Origin: Antedon mediterranea
Lineage: Eukaryota; Animalia; Echinodermata
Length of the DNA stretch: 64,000 nucleotides
Direction: 5' to 3'
Assembly (NCBI RefSeq): GCF_964355755.1
Contig: NC_092671.1
Coordinates: 5,146,001-5,210,000 of the forward strand
Under the pieces are notes generated by a model. It was not told the DNA's origin, did not search any database, and was given only the letters and a program-made list of their open reading frames with translations. The position numbers and the translations under genes were made by a program. This document shows, in pieces, positions 23,850-38,500 of the stretch (positions are counted from its first letter, which is position 1; each line of letters begins with the position of its first letter).

Positions 23850-26764
23850 AGATGGTAGATAATGGTAATATAAAAAGTTTGACATTTTATTATTTGTGAT
23901 ATTTTAACCCATCAGTACACCTTCAACAATTTATTATATTCTACTTTACTATAGATCAAACTATTAGCAAAGCTTCCCACTCTTACTCTCTCACAACTTG
24001 GTACATTTGTAGCTACACTGTTTTTTTTATTTGTTTGCTTTGTTGTTTATATATGTGAACCTCCCATCTGGTCATGTGGCCTTTCTGTCGGCCAAATCCT
24101 GGTACCTCTTTGCACAGAATTAGTGTTTTTCTACCCAGCTTCCATCAAATTTGAAAATTACCATTTTAATAAAAAGTTGTTTTTATTTTTTCATAGCCAT
24201 TTTTACCACAACCTGTAGTTGAGAAGGACAGAAGAATTGACACACTTCCAACATACAGAAATTATGTAATACAATTAGATTTCTAGATTCATAGATTTCT
24301 ATGAAAACAAATACATATAAGCTTACATTTCAACTATAGAGATGTTCATAATAAATCACGAAAAAACTACCTCATATGAATGATAGATGGTGTACCGCAA
24401 ACTTTATACCATTATATTGATTTTCTCAGACCCTCTAGCAATGATAGACATATAAGTATGTCACTGAATTGAAAGGTATTACATCGTTTTCCAAGATTGA
24501 CAGAAAAAAAAGATTTTTTGAAGGATATTTTACTTAGAAAAAAAGTCTAGCCGACATTGTAACATGGGAATTAGTCGTTTTAACAATGACTTCAGACTGC
24601 TAAGTAAAAATCTAATTAGTGACTTAGAGTTTGTTGACCGACGTTATTATGTCGATTTTATTTTGTAATTTGTGTTAAGATCCGTCAATCAGTCACTCAC
24701 GGCTTTGATTGACAGTCGGGCAAAGAGAAAGTACCGACACAGATTAAACCGTATTTGTGGGGAATTTCGGTGAGTACCCGTATATGGCCTCTTTTGCATG
24801 ATGTAAGCATCCCGACTTATGTATAACTTTATAACTGGGTTTTCTTAGACAAGATGTTTTTGAGTCATTGCATCATAGTTTTAAAGGGATGTTTAAGAAA
24901 GTGGCCAGCACAGCCAAACCATGGAGTTAAAAATTGATTTCATAATCAGTATATTTTTTTGATAGGACAATATTTGTGGATGTAGAGAATAATTTGCCGT
25001 TGATCTACATTCTTGCAGTACACTTAATTATTATTAGCGTAATTTACTGTTATTAGTATAGCCAGTTAAATGGCAGTCCAAGTACACATGAGCAGTGCCG
25101 TAAAACATGGAACAAAAAAAGCTAATTTCACACTATGTTGTTACTTCTTGCATTTGTGAAAAAGATAGGTAATCCATGCAGAATTAAAAACTTCTTCTAT
25201 ACTTTGTGACATAGTGGATTCATCCTAAAAATGCTGCTGCTCATAATCTACATAGTACAATAGTAGTTTCTTCTATAACTGAAGGGACCATAATATATAC
25301 TGGACACCAGACACCTTGGGCTGGCCTAATAATGTCTAGAAAATCTGGTATTCGGGTATTGAGGAGTCTATTCACCACAAGCTTTGCTTTCTTTTAGGCT
25401 CCTCCACTTTATATTTATATATTTGTAAAGTGAAATAATGAAATGAAATGAAATATGTTTTTAATGGTAAAACAGAATTTGGAAGAGTTTCCCATTTTCG
25501 CCGGTATTGATATGACTTGACTGTACTTGCAATGCTGTTTAATATTAGTTAAGGAATTAGTTATAGCACATATATAATTTACACATTATGCACCTTATGC
25601 TTGACCAAAGAAATAGTATATATAAACAAAGAGTAGCTACATTCCATAGGTCCAGTTAGTTAGCAAGAATGCACATAGATTGGTCAGTGAACACTAACAG
25701 GATGATGTCTGGTCAATAAGCAGAAAAATATCTATTACACTTTTTAATTGAATATAGATACAGTATATTATATAGAGTATCACTTATATAAGTTTTGTCT
25801 GTGAACGAGAATTGCCACCTTTACACTCTAAAACCATCCTTTATTTCAAATAAAATACATAAGAATGCCCAGCTCACAGCTTTGAGGACCAATCATATGC
25901 AGGCAACATTTTTTACTGAAATGTGACTGAATTGAGAATAGTGTGTGTATTAAAATGAAATAAACCCTAAAATACATAAATTATAAAATGAAGCAATATG
26001 AAACTTTATTTATTTATTTTTTATACATAATTTTCCAAATTAGAAAACTTTACTATACAATGCATATTTTAAATTATATATTTTGCAATAACATCTACTT
26101 ATAACTTGGAACTATAATTAAATGCATTGATTATTGAGCATAGTAAGGCTTACAGTAGAACTTCTATTAAGGGGATACCTTCAGGACCCAGCAATGTTTC
26201 CCCTCAGGAATTGGTCCTAGTGTAAAAAATGATATATTTTGCCTTGTTTTTTTCCCATAGGAATGTGTCCCATTAATAGGGGTCCCAAAGTAATTGTAAA
26301 GATAAATTGAATTTAATTTTATCATTTACAGTATATATTTAAAAAAAACAATATGGAATAGTGATATGTTCACCCACCTCTTAGTTGAATATGCAAATGT
26401 ATGAATTTATTTATAGAATATTATTTACCACATATATAATTATATACTTTGATTGTGATGTTCTGATTCATGCTGCCAATCAAAGTTTTATTGTTAAAAG
26501 ATATATTGTTCCCCTGAAAAAGAAAGATTGAATATGCCATTTTAATGTCATATAAGAGTTTGACAAAAAATTGAATGAAAAAAGGTTATTCCCTGAAAAA
26601 AAAGAGGAAACAATTAGTTTACTGGAAGACTGATTTGGGGAACAACAGCTTTAACATTTGTTTGATTTGTAGCAAAATATCTCTTAATTTCTGAAATAAT
26701 TGTATCTGGTCTGGCGATGTTAAACATCCTGCAGTATCATGTCTGCTGACAGCCACAGCCACAT

Positions 26765-26960
26765 ATTTATTTATTTTATTTTATTTTATGTCTTTAGGCA
26801 ATGTGGCCAAGGATTACCAATACTGAATTAATCACTGTCCTATCAGATAGGTGGTAATCCCCCTGATATAGGGGCTATTGTGTGAACCAGTTCACCGGGG
26901 TAACCCCCTACTCTTTTTCGAATAATGAACTGGGTTTCTTTAAAGTACACACAGGTTATA
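26765..26960 (-). mobile_element. SINE fragment (Nin-domain-like core, A-rich tail)
   Basis: ccctactctttttcgaataatgaactgggtttctttaa resembles the conserved Nin-SINE core as I recall it; (TTTTA)n tail at the left end. Confidence 0.4.
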
Positions 26961-27544
26961 ACTGTGTACACAGTACACAGTATATCATAGCATCTAGCTC
27001 CAAAATATTAACAGTAACCCAAAACTCTAAGTATCACTGTACTAAATGGCATTAATATACCTGTCAGAGGATGCGATACTAAGGGATTTTTAACGTCGCT
27101 GAACGTAACACAGCTCGTGTATGTCTGGTATTTTATTATAGTGTTGTAGAAATAATTTGTTTATACACTGAAAATATTTCGTTATTATACTAAAATTTAC
27201 ATGATAAAATTTATAAATTTCTATCAAATTATATTTAAAAGATATCCAACATCATTGTGCATTCCACAAGTTATACAATTGCATAGTTTTAAATCCATCC
27301 AGCTACTGTACGACATGAGAGTGCCTAATATTTTCTGATGTATTTTCTACACTTTTTATCACTTTCTGTACTGGGAAACTTTGTTTGCTTCTCATGTATT
27401 AGGTAGTTCTGTAATAATGTTAGTACATTTAAATGTCGCAATAAAGATGCTTAATTTTACATGTTTGCTGTTTGCCTGTACTATAGAGTAGAGTAGTAGA
27501 GTAAGAATTTTGTTCTCGGAATTTGTAACCAAAATATCAACTTC

Positions 27545-29940
27545 TAAAAATCCCTGAACTATAGCACAAGGATTTTGTCGAAAAATGGCTAAAACATTCA
27601 TTTTTTTAAATTTTATTATTTAATATGCAATAATATTGCTATATATGTGTATATATTGCGTTATCATCATCTTATAGACACATAGTAAGCAGTTATGTCA
27701 AAAAATAAAAGGGTCAACATTTTGGCATTTTTTGAAAAAATCCCTGTATTATAGCACAGGGATTTTTTCGAAAAATGATGGCCATAATATACATTTTTCA
27801 AAATTAAATTATTATGCAATAATATTGCCACATATGCGTAATTATTGCGTTATCATCAATAGACACATAGTAAGCAGTTATGTCAAAAAATAAAAGGGTC
27901 AAAATTTGGGCATTTAAAAAAAAAATTCCTGTACTATTAGCACAGGGATTTTTTTCGAAAAATTGCCAAAATATGCACTTTTCAAAATTTAATTATTATG
28001 CAATAATATTGCTATATGCGTTATCATCAATAGACACATAGTAAGCAGTTATGTCAAAAAATATAAGGGTCAAAATTTGGGCATTTAAAACAAAAATCCC
28101 TGTACCTGTAGCACAGGGATTTTTTTTTGAAAAATTGCCAAAATATGCACTTTTCAAAATTCAATTATTATGCAATAATATTGCTATTTGCATTATCATC
28201 ATCTTATAGACGCATAGTATTGCAGTTATCTAAAAAAATAAAAGGGTCAAAATTTGGGAATTTTTGGAAAAAAATCCCTGTATTATAGCACAGGGATTTT
28301 TTTCGAAAAATGGCCAAAATATACATTTTTCAAAATTCAATTATTATGCAATAATATTGCTATATATGCGAGTATATATCGGTTAGCATAATCTTATAGA
28401 CACATAGTAAGCAGTTATGTCAAAATATAAAAGGGTCAAAATTTTGGAATTTTTTGAAACTATATATATAATATATGGAAATTTTCTAAAAATGGCCTAT
28501 TTTCGACCCTTTTATTTTTTGAGATAAATGGTTACTAATGCATAATAAACATGCGCAGTGTCGAATAATGGGTTCTGCGCATGTCAATTGTGCTATCATA
28601 ACCATATTTGACATAAATGGTTACTTTTGACAATGGTTACTATAGCATAATAAGCATGCGCAGAGTCGACTAATGGGTTCTGCGCATGTTAATTGTGCTA
28701 TAGTAACCAGTTTTATCGAAAAATAAAAAGGTCGAAAATTGGCAATTTTTTGACAAAATTCCTGTACTATAGTACAGGAAAATTTTGGAAAAATTGCCGA
28801 TTTTCGACCCTTTTATTTTTTGACATAAATGGTTACTATTGCATAATAAACATGCGCAGAGACGAATAATAGGTTCTGCGCATGTCAATTGTGCTATAGT
28901 AACCAGTTTTGACATAAATGGTTACTTTTGACAATGGTTACTATAGCATAATAAACATGCGCAGAGGCCACTAATGGGTTCTGCGCATGTTAATTGTGCT
29001 ATAGTAACCAGTTTTATCGAGAAAAAAAAGGTCGGAAATTGGCCTTTTTTTAAAAAAAATTCCTGTACTATAGTACAGGGAAATTTTCGAAAAATGGCCC
29101 ATTTTCGACCCTTTTATTTTTTGGACGTAAATGGTTACTATAGCATAATAAACATGCGCAGAGTCGAATAATGGGTTCAGCGCATGTCAACTGTGCTATA
29201 GTAACCAGTTTTATCGAAAAATAAAAAGGTCGAAAATTTGCCATTTTTTGAAAAATGCCTGTACTATAGTACAGGGAAATTTTCGAAAAATTGCCGATTT
29301 TCGACCCTTTTATTTTTTGGACGTAAATGGTTACTATAGCATAATAAACATGCGCAGAGTCGACTAATGGGTTTTGCGCATGTCAATTGTGCTATAGTAA
29401 CCAGTTTTATCGAAAAATAAAAAGGTCGAAAATTGCCATTTTTTGAAAAATCCCTGTACTATATATAGTACAGGGAAATTTTCGAAAAAATTGCTGATTT
29501 TCGACCCTTTTATTTTTTGGACGTAAATGGTTATTATTGCATAATAAACTTTCAGAGACAAATAATGGCTTCTGCCCATGTCAATTGTGCTGCAGTAACC
29601 AGTTTTGACATAAATGGTTACTATAGCATAATAAACATGCTCAGAGGCGACTAATGGGTTCTGCGCATGTTAATGTACTATACTGTATCTCTATATGTAC
29701 TGTACTATAGCACATGGATTTTTTCGAAAAATGATGGCCAAAATATACAATTTTCAAAATTCAATTATGCAATAATATTGCTATATATACGTATATATTG
29801 CGTTATCATCATTTTATAAATGCATAGTAAGCAGTTATGTCAAAAAATCGAAGGGTCAACAGCGTTTTTTCCGAAAATTTCCCTCTACAGATGTATGGAT
29901 GTTTTTTAAAAATTACCAAAATATATAGACTTATATGTTG
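27545..29940. repeat. Compound tandem array of ~190-bp palindromic units (two unit types)
   Basis: Type-1 units ~27545-28460 and ~29700-29940; type-2 units ~28480-29690 with palindromes ttcctgtactatagtacaggaa and ggttactatagca...catgcgcag...ctgcgcatg...tgctatagtaacc. Confidence 0.9.
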
Positions 29941-32499
29941 AGGTAACATGCACAAAACAGATTATGTGATTTGCACATGTCAATTTCTCTGTTAAAAAAT
30001 AAAGGGTTGAAATTTTGCAATTTTTCGACAATTTTAAAAAGTTTATAAATGTATAGATGCACAGACCACATTATGTTTTTGCCAAAAATGTTCAAAAACC
30101 CCCATAAAATCAACTGTAAACAATTTTAGTACATTTTGTTGAACCCAACATACTTATAAATAATAATAATAACAATTCATTTCTTATACAGATTTATTCC
30201 AAGCAATGATGGTCAAGGTAACGCCCATTGAGGGCCAACAACTCCCACATTTTAAACCCCTGGAGGCCAAATAACTTCCATATTGTGTCCATGTTTTATC
30301 ATTTATAACATGCTTTCCCAATGAATAATTAATTAACGGTATGAAATCATCTTAAATACTATAAAATTACTTAAAGACGATTTACAAACACTATTAAAAA
30401 ATAAATCATAAATCATTAATTTTCAGCTCAAAGAAAAGAAAATATGAAAATAAAACACAGATCTTTCAACATTTTATGAATAAAAAAAAATTGTTATTTT
30501 GAAGACTTTACTATTTTGTATCAAAAGACTACAAAAATATGATTATTTACTGGTTCGAATACAAACTTTGGATTGGATACCTAAAATATATAAAATAATA
30601 ATTATTCTTTGAAAAAGTTAACAAAATGACTTTGATGTCACTCTATCAGAACATCTGAGATGGTCTTGGAATCTCCTGGTATGCCACGGAAAACATCTTT
30701 TGTTTGTAATCATTTTCATTGTCAATAAAGCAGTAATGTAAAAATAATATTAACTATTATTATGAATGGCACTGAAAAAATTAAAATGATATGCAAAAAT
30801 CATAAATATTAAACACAACAAATCAATATAAAGTAAAATGTAAACATTTTGGTTACTTTTTACTAGTTTAACCCATTTTACAGTTCATAAATTCATTATT
30901 AAAATGGTTCCTTTTGAATTAATGATATGCACATAGACTTTGGCAAATTTGTTACATTTTAAGCGACAAACTGAAAACTGGAGAAGACTTGAAATTTAAA
31001 AAAAATAGAGGAACAGACTTATACTACAGTATCTTTCTACCATTTCCTTAGAGTTACTGAACATCTTTGGGGTCACCAATGCTGTTTTAGGGGCGGATCC
31101 AGAGAGTGGTGTTCTACCCCTACCACATTTTGACAGCTAATATGAAATTTTAAACTACTTTTTAATAGATTAAAATTATTATATTTGTCAGAACTCCTCA
31201 TTTGAAAAATCCTGAATCCTCCCCTGTACATGGCCACCCAAATATGGCAAAACGTAGTTATAGGTATTATACTGTACTTTTTTAATAACAATATTTTATC
31301 TTTTAAGTCGCTTTAATTATATTTTTTGCAGCAGTGTTTTGATTGTTTATAAAACAAATGAGTACCAAAATATTTCATCTTTTTATAGCCAACATCTGTT
31401 GCATCATTCTTTCATTTTCCCTTCATATTTCTACAGCTTTGAAAAATACATAAAAATTGATCAAACGTAGGCTTAACCATATAAAACGCACTTGCATATA
31501 TAAAAAAAAACCTAGATACATATTTACAAAAGAAGATTTAAAATGTTGCATGCATGCAGAGTTATGTACATGCAACTAATTTTATCCTATGGTTAAATTC
31601 ATCTTTTTTTTCTCCAGTATTTTATTTAAATTTAATAAGAAATAAAGATATGAATTGCGTTCAGATCTTGAAAGACCATATTTGGCTTAAAAATCATTCA
31701 CAACTCATCACTTGTACTTCAAACAAAATATAAAAAATAACTTACAAATTAATTATAAATTTAATGTTAAAGTAAATGTATTCATTTAACTGCTTGTATA
31801 ATTAATTTGAATGAAATTAATCAACAGCATCTTATTTTTTAGTTATTACTGCCATTGTACTAGTTTGTTGAATTTGCTCACCAAAATTGGAAATTCCAAA
31901 ACGAGTTCTGTTTAAAAAAATCATTTATCAAAATATTAGGTTCCTGCAGTTTTCAATATATAGAAATTTAGGCAAGAAATAATGTAAATTTCTAAACAAT
32001 TCAAACATCTTCAAGCTTATATCAAGCAAGGTGATGCATGCTGGAGCTGGTATCAAACATTTTAGGTGGCTATATACCCACTCATTATGACTCATGGTAA
32101 AAGGATTTATAAATAGTGAATACATTAATTCAAGATTAAAAAAAGAAATTGCATTACAACAAGTAATTTGTTCATTTCCCCTTCTTTTCAGTATTATAAA
32201 TATTAAGTATCTTTTGTTTAAAACCACAGCACCTATGAACAAGTGGAAGGTACTATGAAACTCAACCATTATCCTTTATTGTTCGTACAAAACTGTCTAA
32301 ATCTTCTATCCTTTACAATTTAAATTCTTACTATGAACATGGGTTTGGTAAAATAAGAGGAACAACCAAAAGACTACACATTTTGTGTGAGCAAATACCT
32401 GCATTGATTAAGAGATTGAGGAAGTTTAGACTACAATATCCAAAGTAACTTTGATATATTTTTTTTGGAAGTTTACTTTTACTCAGAAGTATTACAAAC

Positions 32500-33215
32500 T
32501 TTCTTGGCAACTTAGAAACTTCCATACTTTTAAAGAAACTTAACTCCACATAACGTTTAAAGAAGTTAGAACTTCTCACATTCTTTGAAGTAATTCCATA
32601 CTTTACAGACACTTAAAGCCATACTTTCTAGAAGCAACTCCACACAATGAAGAACACTTTCTAAAAAGGAAGTTCACACAACTCCACACTTCTAGGGAAG
32701 TTAGCATCGCACTTTCTACAAGTAACTCCACACCATGAAGAACACTTTCTAAAAAGGAAGTTCACACTACCAAGTAAACTATGTCACACTTCCAGGGATG
32801 TGAACATAGCACTTTCTTCACCTTCAAAAAACCAATTACGTACTTTCTGGAAAATAAGCCCCAACTTTCAATGAAATTATCCTCACACTTTCTAGGAAGC
32901 AAGTCCCAACTTTCTAAGAAGTTAACTTCACATTTTCTGTAAGAATCTTCACACTTTGTAGGAAATAACTTCACACTTTGTAGGAAGCAAATTCTCATTT
33001 TTAAGGAAGTACAGTAACTTCATCCTTTCTAGGAAGTAATTCCACATTTTCTAGGAAGAAAGTTCACATTTCCAAGAGGCAGAGAAAGCAAGTCCCCCAC
33101 ATCTTCAAAAAGCAACTCCTCAAGTTCAAGGGAGGAACTCCACACTAGGAAGCAAGTTCAGAACATCAAGGAAGTAATGCCACTCTTTATAGGAAGTCAC
33201 TCCACACTTTCCTGC
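32500..33215. repeat. Degenerate ~22-bp minisatellite (cacactttctaggaagtaactc-like)
   Basis: Recurring ctccacactttctaggaag variants. Confidence 0.75.
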
Positions 33216-35440
33216 AGATCTTCAAGTATAGATATCGTAGAAGAAATTGTATTCGCAGAATTTATATAACTTATCGTTGTAATAAATCCAAAAGAATCGT
33301 TCACAATCTAGCAATTGTTCCTCTACATTTTCACAAACCCAATATTACAATTTTATCCCTTGGTTACCTACATTCTTACTTATGAAATCCATCATATTGC
33401 AACTTCACTAAGAATATAAATCTAATTAGAACATGTTGTTCATGAACATAAGTTACTATTTGTTTTTAATTAACATCCTTTAGTACATTTATTATTATCT
33501 GTTTCTTTTTGTTGTAAAAATAAGGTATTTCTACTCATTTTATTTATCATTGTTATTAGCTACTTTTCATTTTCATGACGCGCCACATGACTACACACGC
33601 ATGTTAAGTAAAAATATTGTTCTACGCAGAATTAACTTTTTACTTATTAAGCATGTGTCACGGTATGAAAACGAAAAGTCGCTATTATTGATTATCAATA
33701 CAAAAATCTAAAAAGTCTTTATCTCTGTATGAGCCTAAATACATAGTTAGTGATATGTTACACTTTTTACAATTACAAAAACACACCCTATATTCATTAC
33801 GTTATATCCCCATCATCGTATACGATAGGGTTTCATATATTTTTGGAATAAAATACCCCAAAAAGCTTATTTTACTGATAGGGGACAAACTCCCGGTTTA
33901 ACCACTGTTACTAAAACACACAAATCAGACGGAAGCTACAAGTTTGATGAATGATGTAAAATTTAAGCAGAATTATTTAATCTACATTTTATTCAATACA
34001 AAATTATTAAAGATTTCTAATAAATAATAATAAATAAAATTGTATTTTTCAAAATGAATAAAAATTCATGTTTAAATTAATTTTTGTTTAAATTGATGTT
34101 TTTAAATTATTGAGTACAAGGCAAATGTAGAAAGGATAGGCAATCTTACTCAGAATTTGAATTTAAAGGTGAAGTTATAAATTTGTAAATTGTAAATTAT
34201 GAACAAAATTTAAATAGTGCTTTTTGAGGTTTTTACTAACCAAGGTTTTTCCACAAACTTTTTATACTTCCGCAATTTTATTTCATTTAAGAAATAACCG
34301 ACTTGCAATCAAGGTATTTTGCGTCAACTTAAGGACGGAAAAATAATGCATTGAAATATCATTCATGCACATTTTCCAAACAGTAAATAAAAAGATTTGA
34401 TTATCACTAAAAAGTCTATCACTTTATCAAGGCACTATTGTATATCAGGATTTTATATAGGCACCAGAAAAAAAACAAACAAAACTTTCTACTGTAAAAA
34501 GACACTTGTAATGTATCTAACAGAGGTTCAAAGGCACAAATCATTAAGCAAGCTTGTGAGATAAACTAACCAATAATATTGATATAAAACAATCACATGA
34601 CAACTAGCACATTGTTTAATTGGTCACTTAGGGTCAGTGTCTATCACTAACGATTTAATTTCTATTACATGATTCCCAACCTGTTACAGATATACGACAA
34701 TTAAGAAACATGTTTCAATTAAGATTAGGATGCAGTCAGGACATCTGTTAGATTGGACAGATGTGTCCAGCATTTGAACATCTGGGCTCATTCTTAGTGA
34801 ATTCCCTTGGTATTGGGTTGACCTCGTCATCTGACCCAGGGGAAGCAATCCAACGATACCCATCTCCTCTGAAAAGGGATGACGCAGCCGTTTCTAGGGT
34901 ATGGGATTGTACATCAACTTCCTGAATTAGCAAGGTACAGATTTGATTATTCCATGACAGGACCTTTTCCTTTTGGGTTGTTAGATTCTGAAATTTCATT
35001 CTTTTTTTTCCAAACGAAACTACACAGATAGAAATTAAAACCACACTATCTATATTACATTTATGTTCCGTCATTTATCATGATTTCAGATGAGGACATT
35101 ATCGTACGTTGAAACGGTCAATCAAAAAATGCTGCTAATTTTATTTTGTTAAGTAGTCTTCCTGATTTCTGTAGGCTTCTCATAAAATCATCCAGACGTC
35201 TTAACAGAAACTGTTCCGTGAAAAACCTGCACGGATATATGACGATTACAACTTGAGTCTGGTGTTGCAAGTTTAGGATATACATCATTACAGCAATATA
35301 TAAAAGAAGCACCACATGATGTTTGAAACAAACGGTTTTTGTTTCAAAATGTTAAAATATATTTCATAAAATTCCACCACAGAACAAGTTGTAGAAAGGA
35401 TCTAAAATTTGTGTTGCTTAGCCAAAAGCTTGGAAACTCT

Positions 35441-35554
35441 TTAATCTTTGACCAAGCGATAAATGTGATGTTGTGCTCCATGTTCACTAGTGGATACTTC
35501 AAATACGTAAGCTATACACAGTAAGGTTTCCTGAGTCTCAACGTTTGATACGAC
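35441..35554 (-). CDS. TEAD: TEAD last coding exon
   Basis: tgtag|[37 protein letters not shown]. Confidence 0.96.
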   Translation of the reverse strand, partial: VVSNVETQETLLCIAYVFEVSTSEHGAQHHIYRLVKD

Positions 35555-38500
35555 CTACAAAAAAAATATGTATATATTTTACTAATATGATTGTTTATGA
35601 GTGCTTATTCTTCTGTCCACAGCGACAGTGGCTGAGGTGTGATAGTGAACAGAGGTAAACTCCAAATGATGCACTGTTTACTTTGAAGGGCACACAAGGC
35701 ATATGTGTACACTGAACCTCCCAAGAAGTCCTTATCTGAGAAGACTTCTTCAACCACCAGAACAAATTTACTATACTACTAGGGGAGTTTCTGGTTTTCA
35801 GGAGTCTGGTATTGGGATAGTTGACTGTCTGTATCTAGATAGATATTGCATTGACCAGTACACCTAGATAAATCTTTTAAGCTCTGTCTTTGCAAGACTA
35901 ATTGGTGACTAAGAGCAACAGAATGCACCTGAATAGACCAACTGGTCTGGGCGACAACAAACAACAGAATACACTTGGTGCTACAAGGCAATACCAACTC
36001 ACAGCATATGTAACCAATAGGCTCTAATTAGTGACAACATTGACTCTGTGCGCTTGGCAATACCCATGAGAGACAGACACTAATGTCATCAACCAACACC
36101 TGATCAACCGTTCGTTTCCGCTTGTCTGCAAGTTCCCTACCAGCATTCCCAAGAGAGGCGCACATACGCCCTGCATTCTGCCGGCTGGGGTCATTTTTGA
36201 AAAAAAATCACAATGGAAGCCTGTATTTTTTAGGTTGAAGTATTCATTCTATTTTGTCCCATCACGTAAATTGAACTTAACAGCCATTGGTCTGTGTCAG
36301 AGTGATTGTTTAGAATCAACGGCGACATTTACTACATGTATATGGGTACTTATAATAGAAGTATGTACACAACTTCGAACAGGAGTTTCTAGAATGCATT
36401 GGCATAGAATCAAGACATTTTAAACTAAAAATCACAATCTAGCTAACCAAAGCCTATTGGGATAGGCTGATGAATTTCTGATTCCATATACAATCAACTG
36501 TATGTATAGCAGAATACATGTGTAGTAGTACTGTATCAGTTAGTGTGACTGTGTTTCCATCATCTTCACTTAGTAACAGTCTATTCTGACCGATTAGAGC
36601 TAATAGTGATTTTAGAGATTTCTTTTTAAACAAACAGGATTTTGTACTGTATAACATTTAGAATTTTTGTTATTATGCTGAAGCTAATCCAAAAAAAACC
36701 TGTTATATTTTATAGCATATAGCACTGGTCATTCAGAATGTATGGAAGTTACAAATTATTTTTACCATTTAATAATAAACTACTATTTAATAAATTGTCT
36801 AAAAAATCTGAATAAAAGGAAATGGAATAATGTGTTATTAGTGTGAAAATGCTTTGAGGTTTTTTTCTCTGTCTATCATCGATTCCAATTCAATAGTAAA
36901 TTAAGTATTTCCTCTCATAGCAAGATATTCTACGCTTGAATGCATCGGGGACAATTTGTACTGTAAACTTGTTATCACTACCAGACGTGTGTACATACAA
37001 ACGATGAGACAAATCTTGATAACTCTTGTTCCATTATTATTAGAGTAGAACACCTTCTTTTGGAAACCCCTGTCAAGGGAAATTCTCTTCCCATTATGCA
37101 AATTATTCTTCTTGGGACTTGAGTTTTGTCTCCAATAATGGTTTGCCACACATACAGGCTGCTTATGATTCGTGGACCTTGTGTACTAACTCTCATTTTG
37201 TTAGGAGGATTTGAAGTCACGACGAAGTGTTCGATGGCCCCCATTAAACTGCTTTGGAAGCAGTGGAATAACAGCTATGAGCGCTCACTGGTTAAAACCC
37301 AGGGGCACCAGAGAATGAGCAGTCCAATGCAACTACCCATCGTTAGAGCGCCCTTAGGAGTGCTAAACCAGAGGCCTCTGCGCTGTGTGGAAGCCTTTGT
37401 AGATGGTTGTGTCTGCCCACCACAAGTACATCTTTGTTACTCCTCATTTAAATATCGGGAAAAGTGAAAGTAGTATAGAAACTATAAATTTGTTTTAATC
37501 TAAAAAAACAAATACTCACCTGTAAAATAGTGAAATTCTCTAAGACACTGTTCATCATATATTTTTCTGGCAAGTGTTTTAATTTGTGGATGAAATTTAT
37601 CATATATTCACACATCGGGGACCGGTGTATTCTAAACACAAAACGGTTGTTTTCAAACCTTGCATATTCAGTCTGCAATTTCAATGACAAAAAAATATTA
37701 TTTAGTTTTTTAGTTTATATATAGAGACAATTCACAAAAAAAAAAAAAATGTTACAACTTTGTACAATGCTGTCAAATGATAACAGTTATTGAGTTAGTC
37801 TTTCCTTATTTCTAAGTCTTTGACCTGGTAACAAAATATATTCAATTCAATTATTTAAGTGACTCCAATTAGAATCTCCAGCCCCACCGAGCCAGTAAAT
37901 TAAACTGCTTCTATTCAGGCAGAAATAATAAAGGAATATCTACCGCACTATTCAACTAATTTAACAATAAAATTTTAGGTTGTTTAATAATCAACATACT
38001 ACACACTGTATGACCGTCTAAAATTCAAAGCTAATTCTAAACTAGCCATCACTTTTATTATATTTGACTGCTCGGGTAATTCATACATCTGATTGAATTA
38101 AACGAATTACTGGGGGTTACAGGACGACAGATTTCACTAAAGGCCTGCTCGATCCGGTCTGTCAACGAGTATTTACTTGTTCCTCGACATAAAACAGACC
38201 CTATACTTTTTAAATTTTATTTCCCTTATACATGTTAGTATTAATAGATTGAACAACGTTACGATGTTGTATGTTTAACGTCATTGTATTCAAGGTATAT
38301 TCATTCGACATATTCTAGAGGTAAAACGTGTGGTAGAGAGGGTATGTGATGGTGTTAAATAAAGATAGAGTCGGACACATGGGACAGTTCATATGTTGTA
38401 TTTGTTCTATTTATATCCTGTGTTGAGGGATAAGTTAATGCCCATACAAATTATCTTGTCTTCTATTCCAACCAACAACTGTCCTTTCATATCTTTGACT

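Noticed and set aside
36901-37467. Short overlapping ORFs in the last TEAD intron
   Set aside because: No recognisable domain, and not needed for the TEAD reading frame
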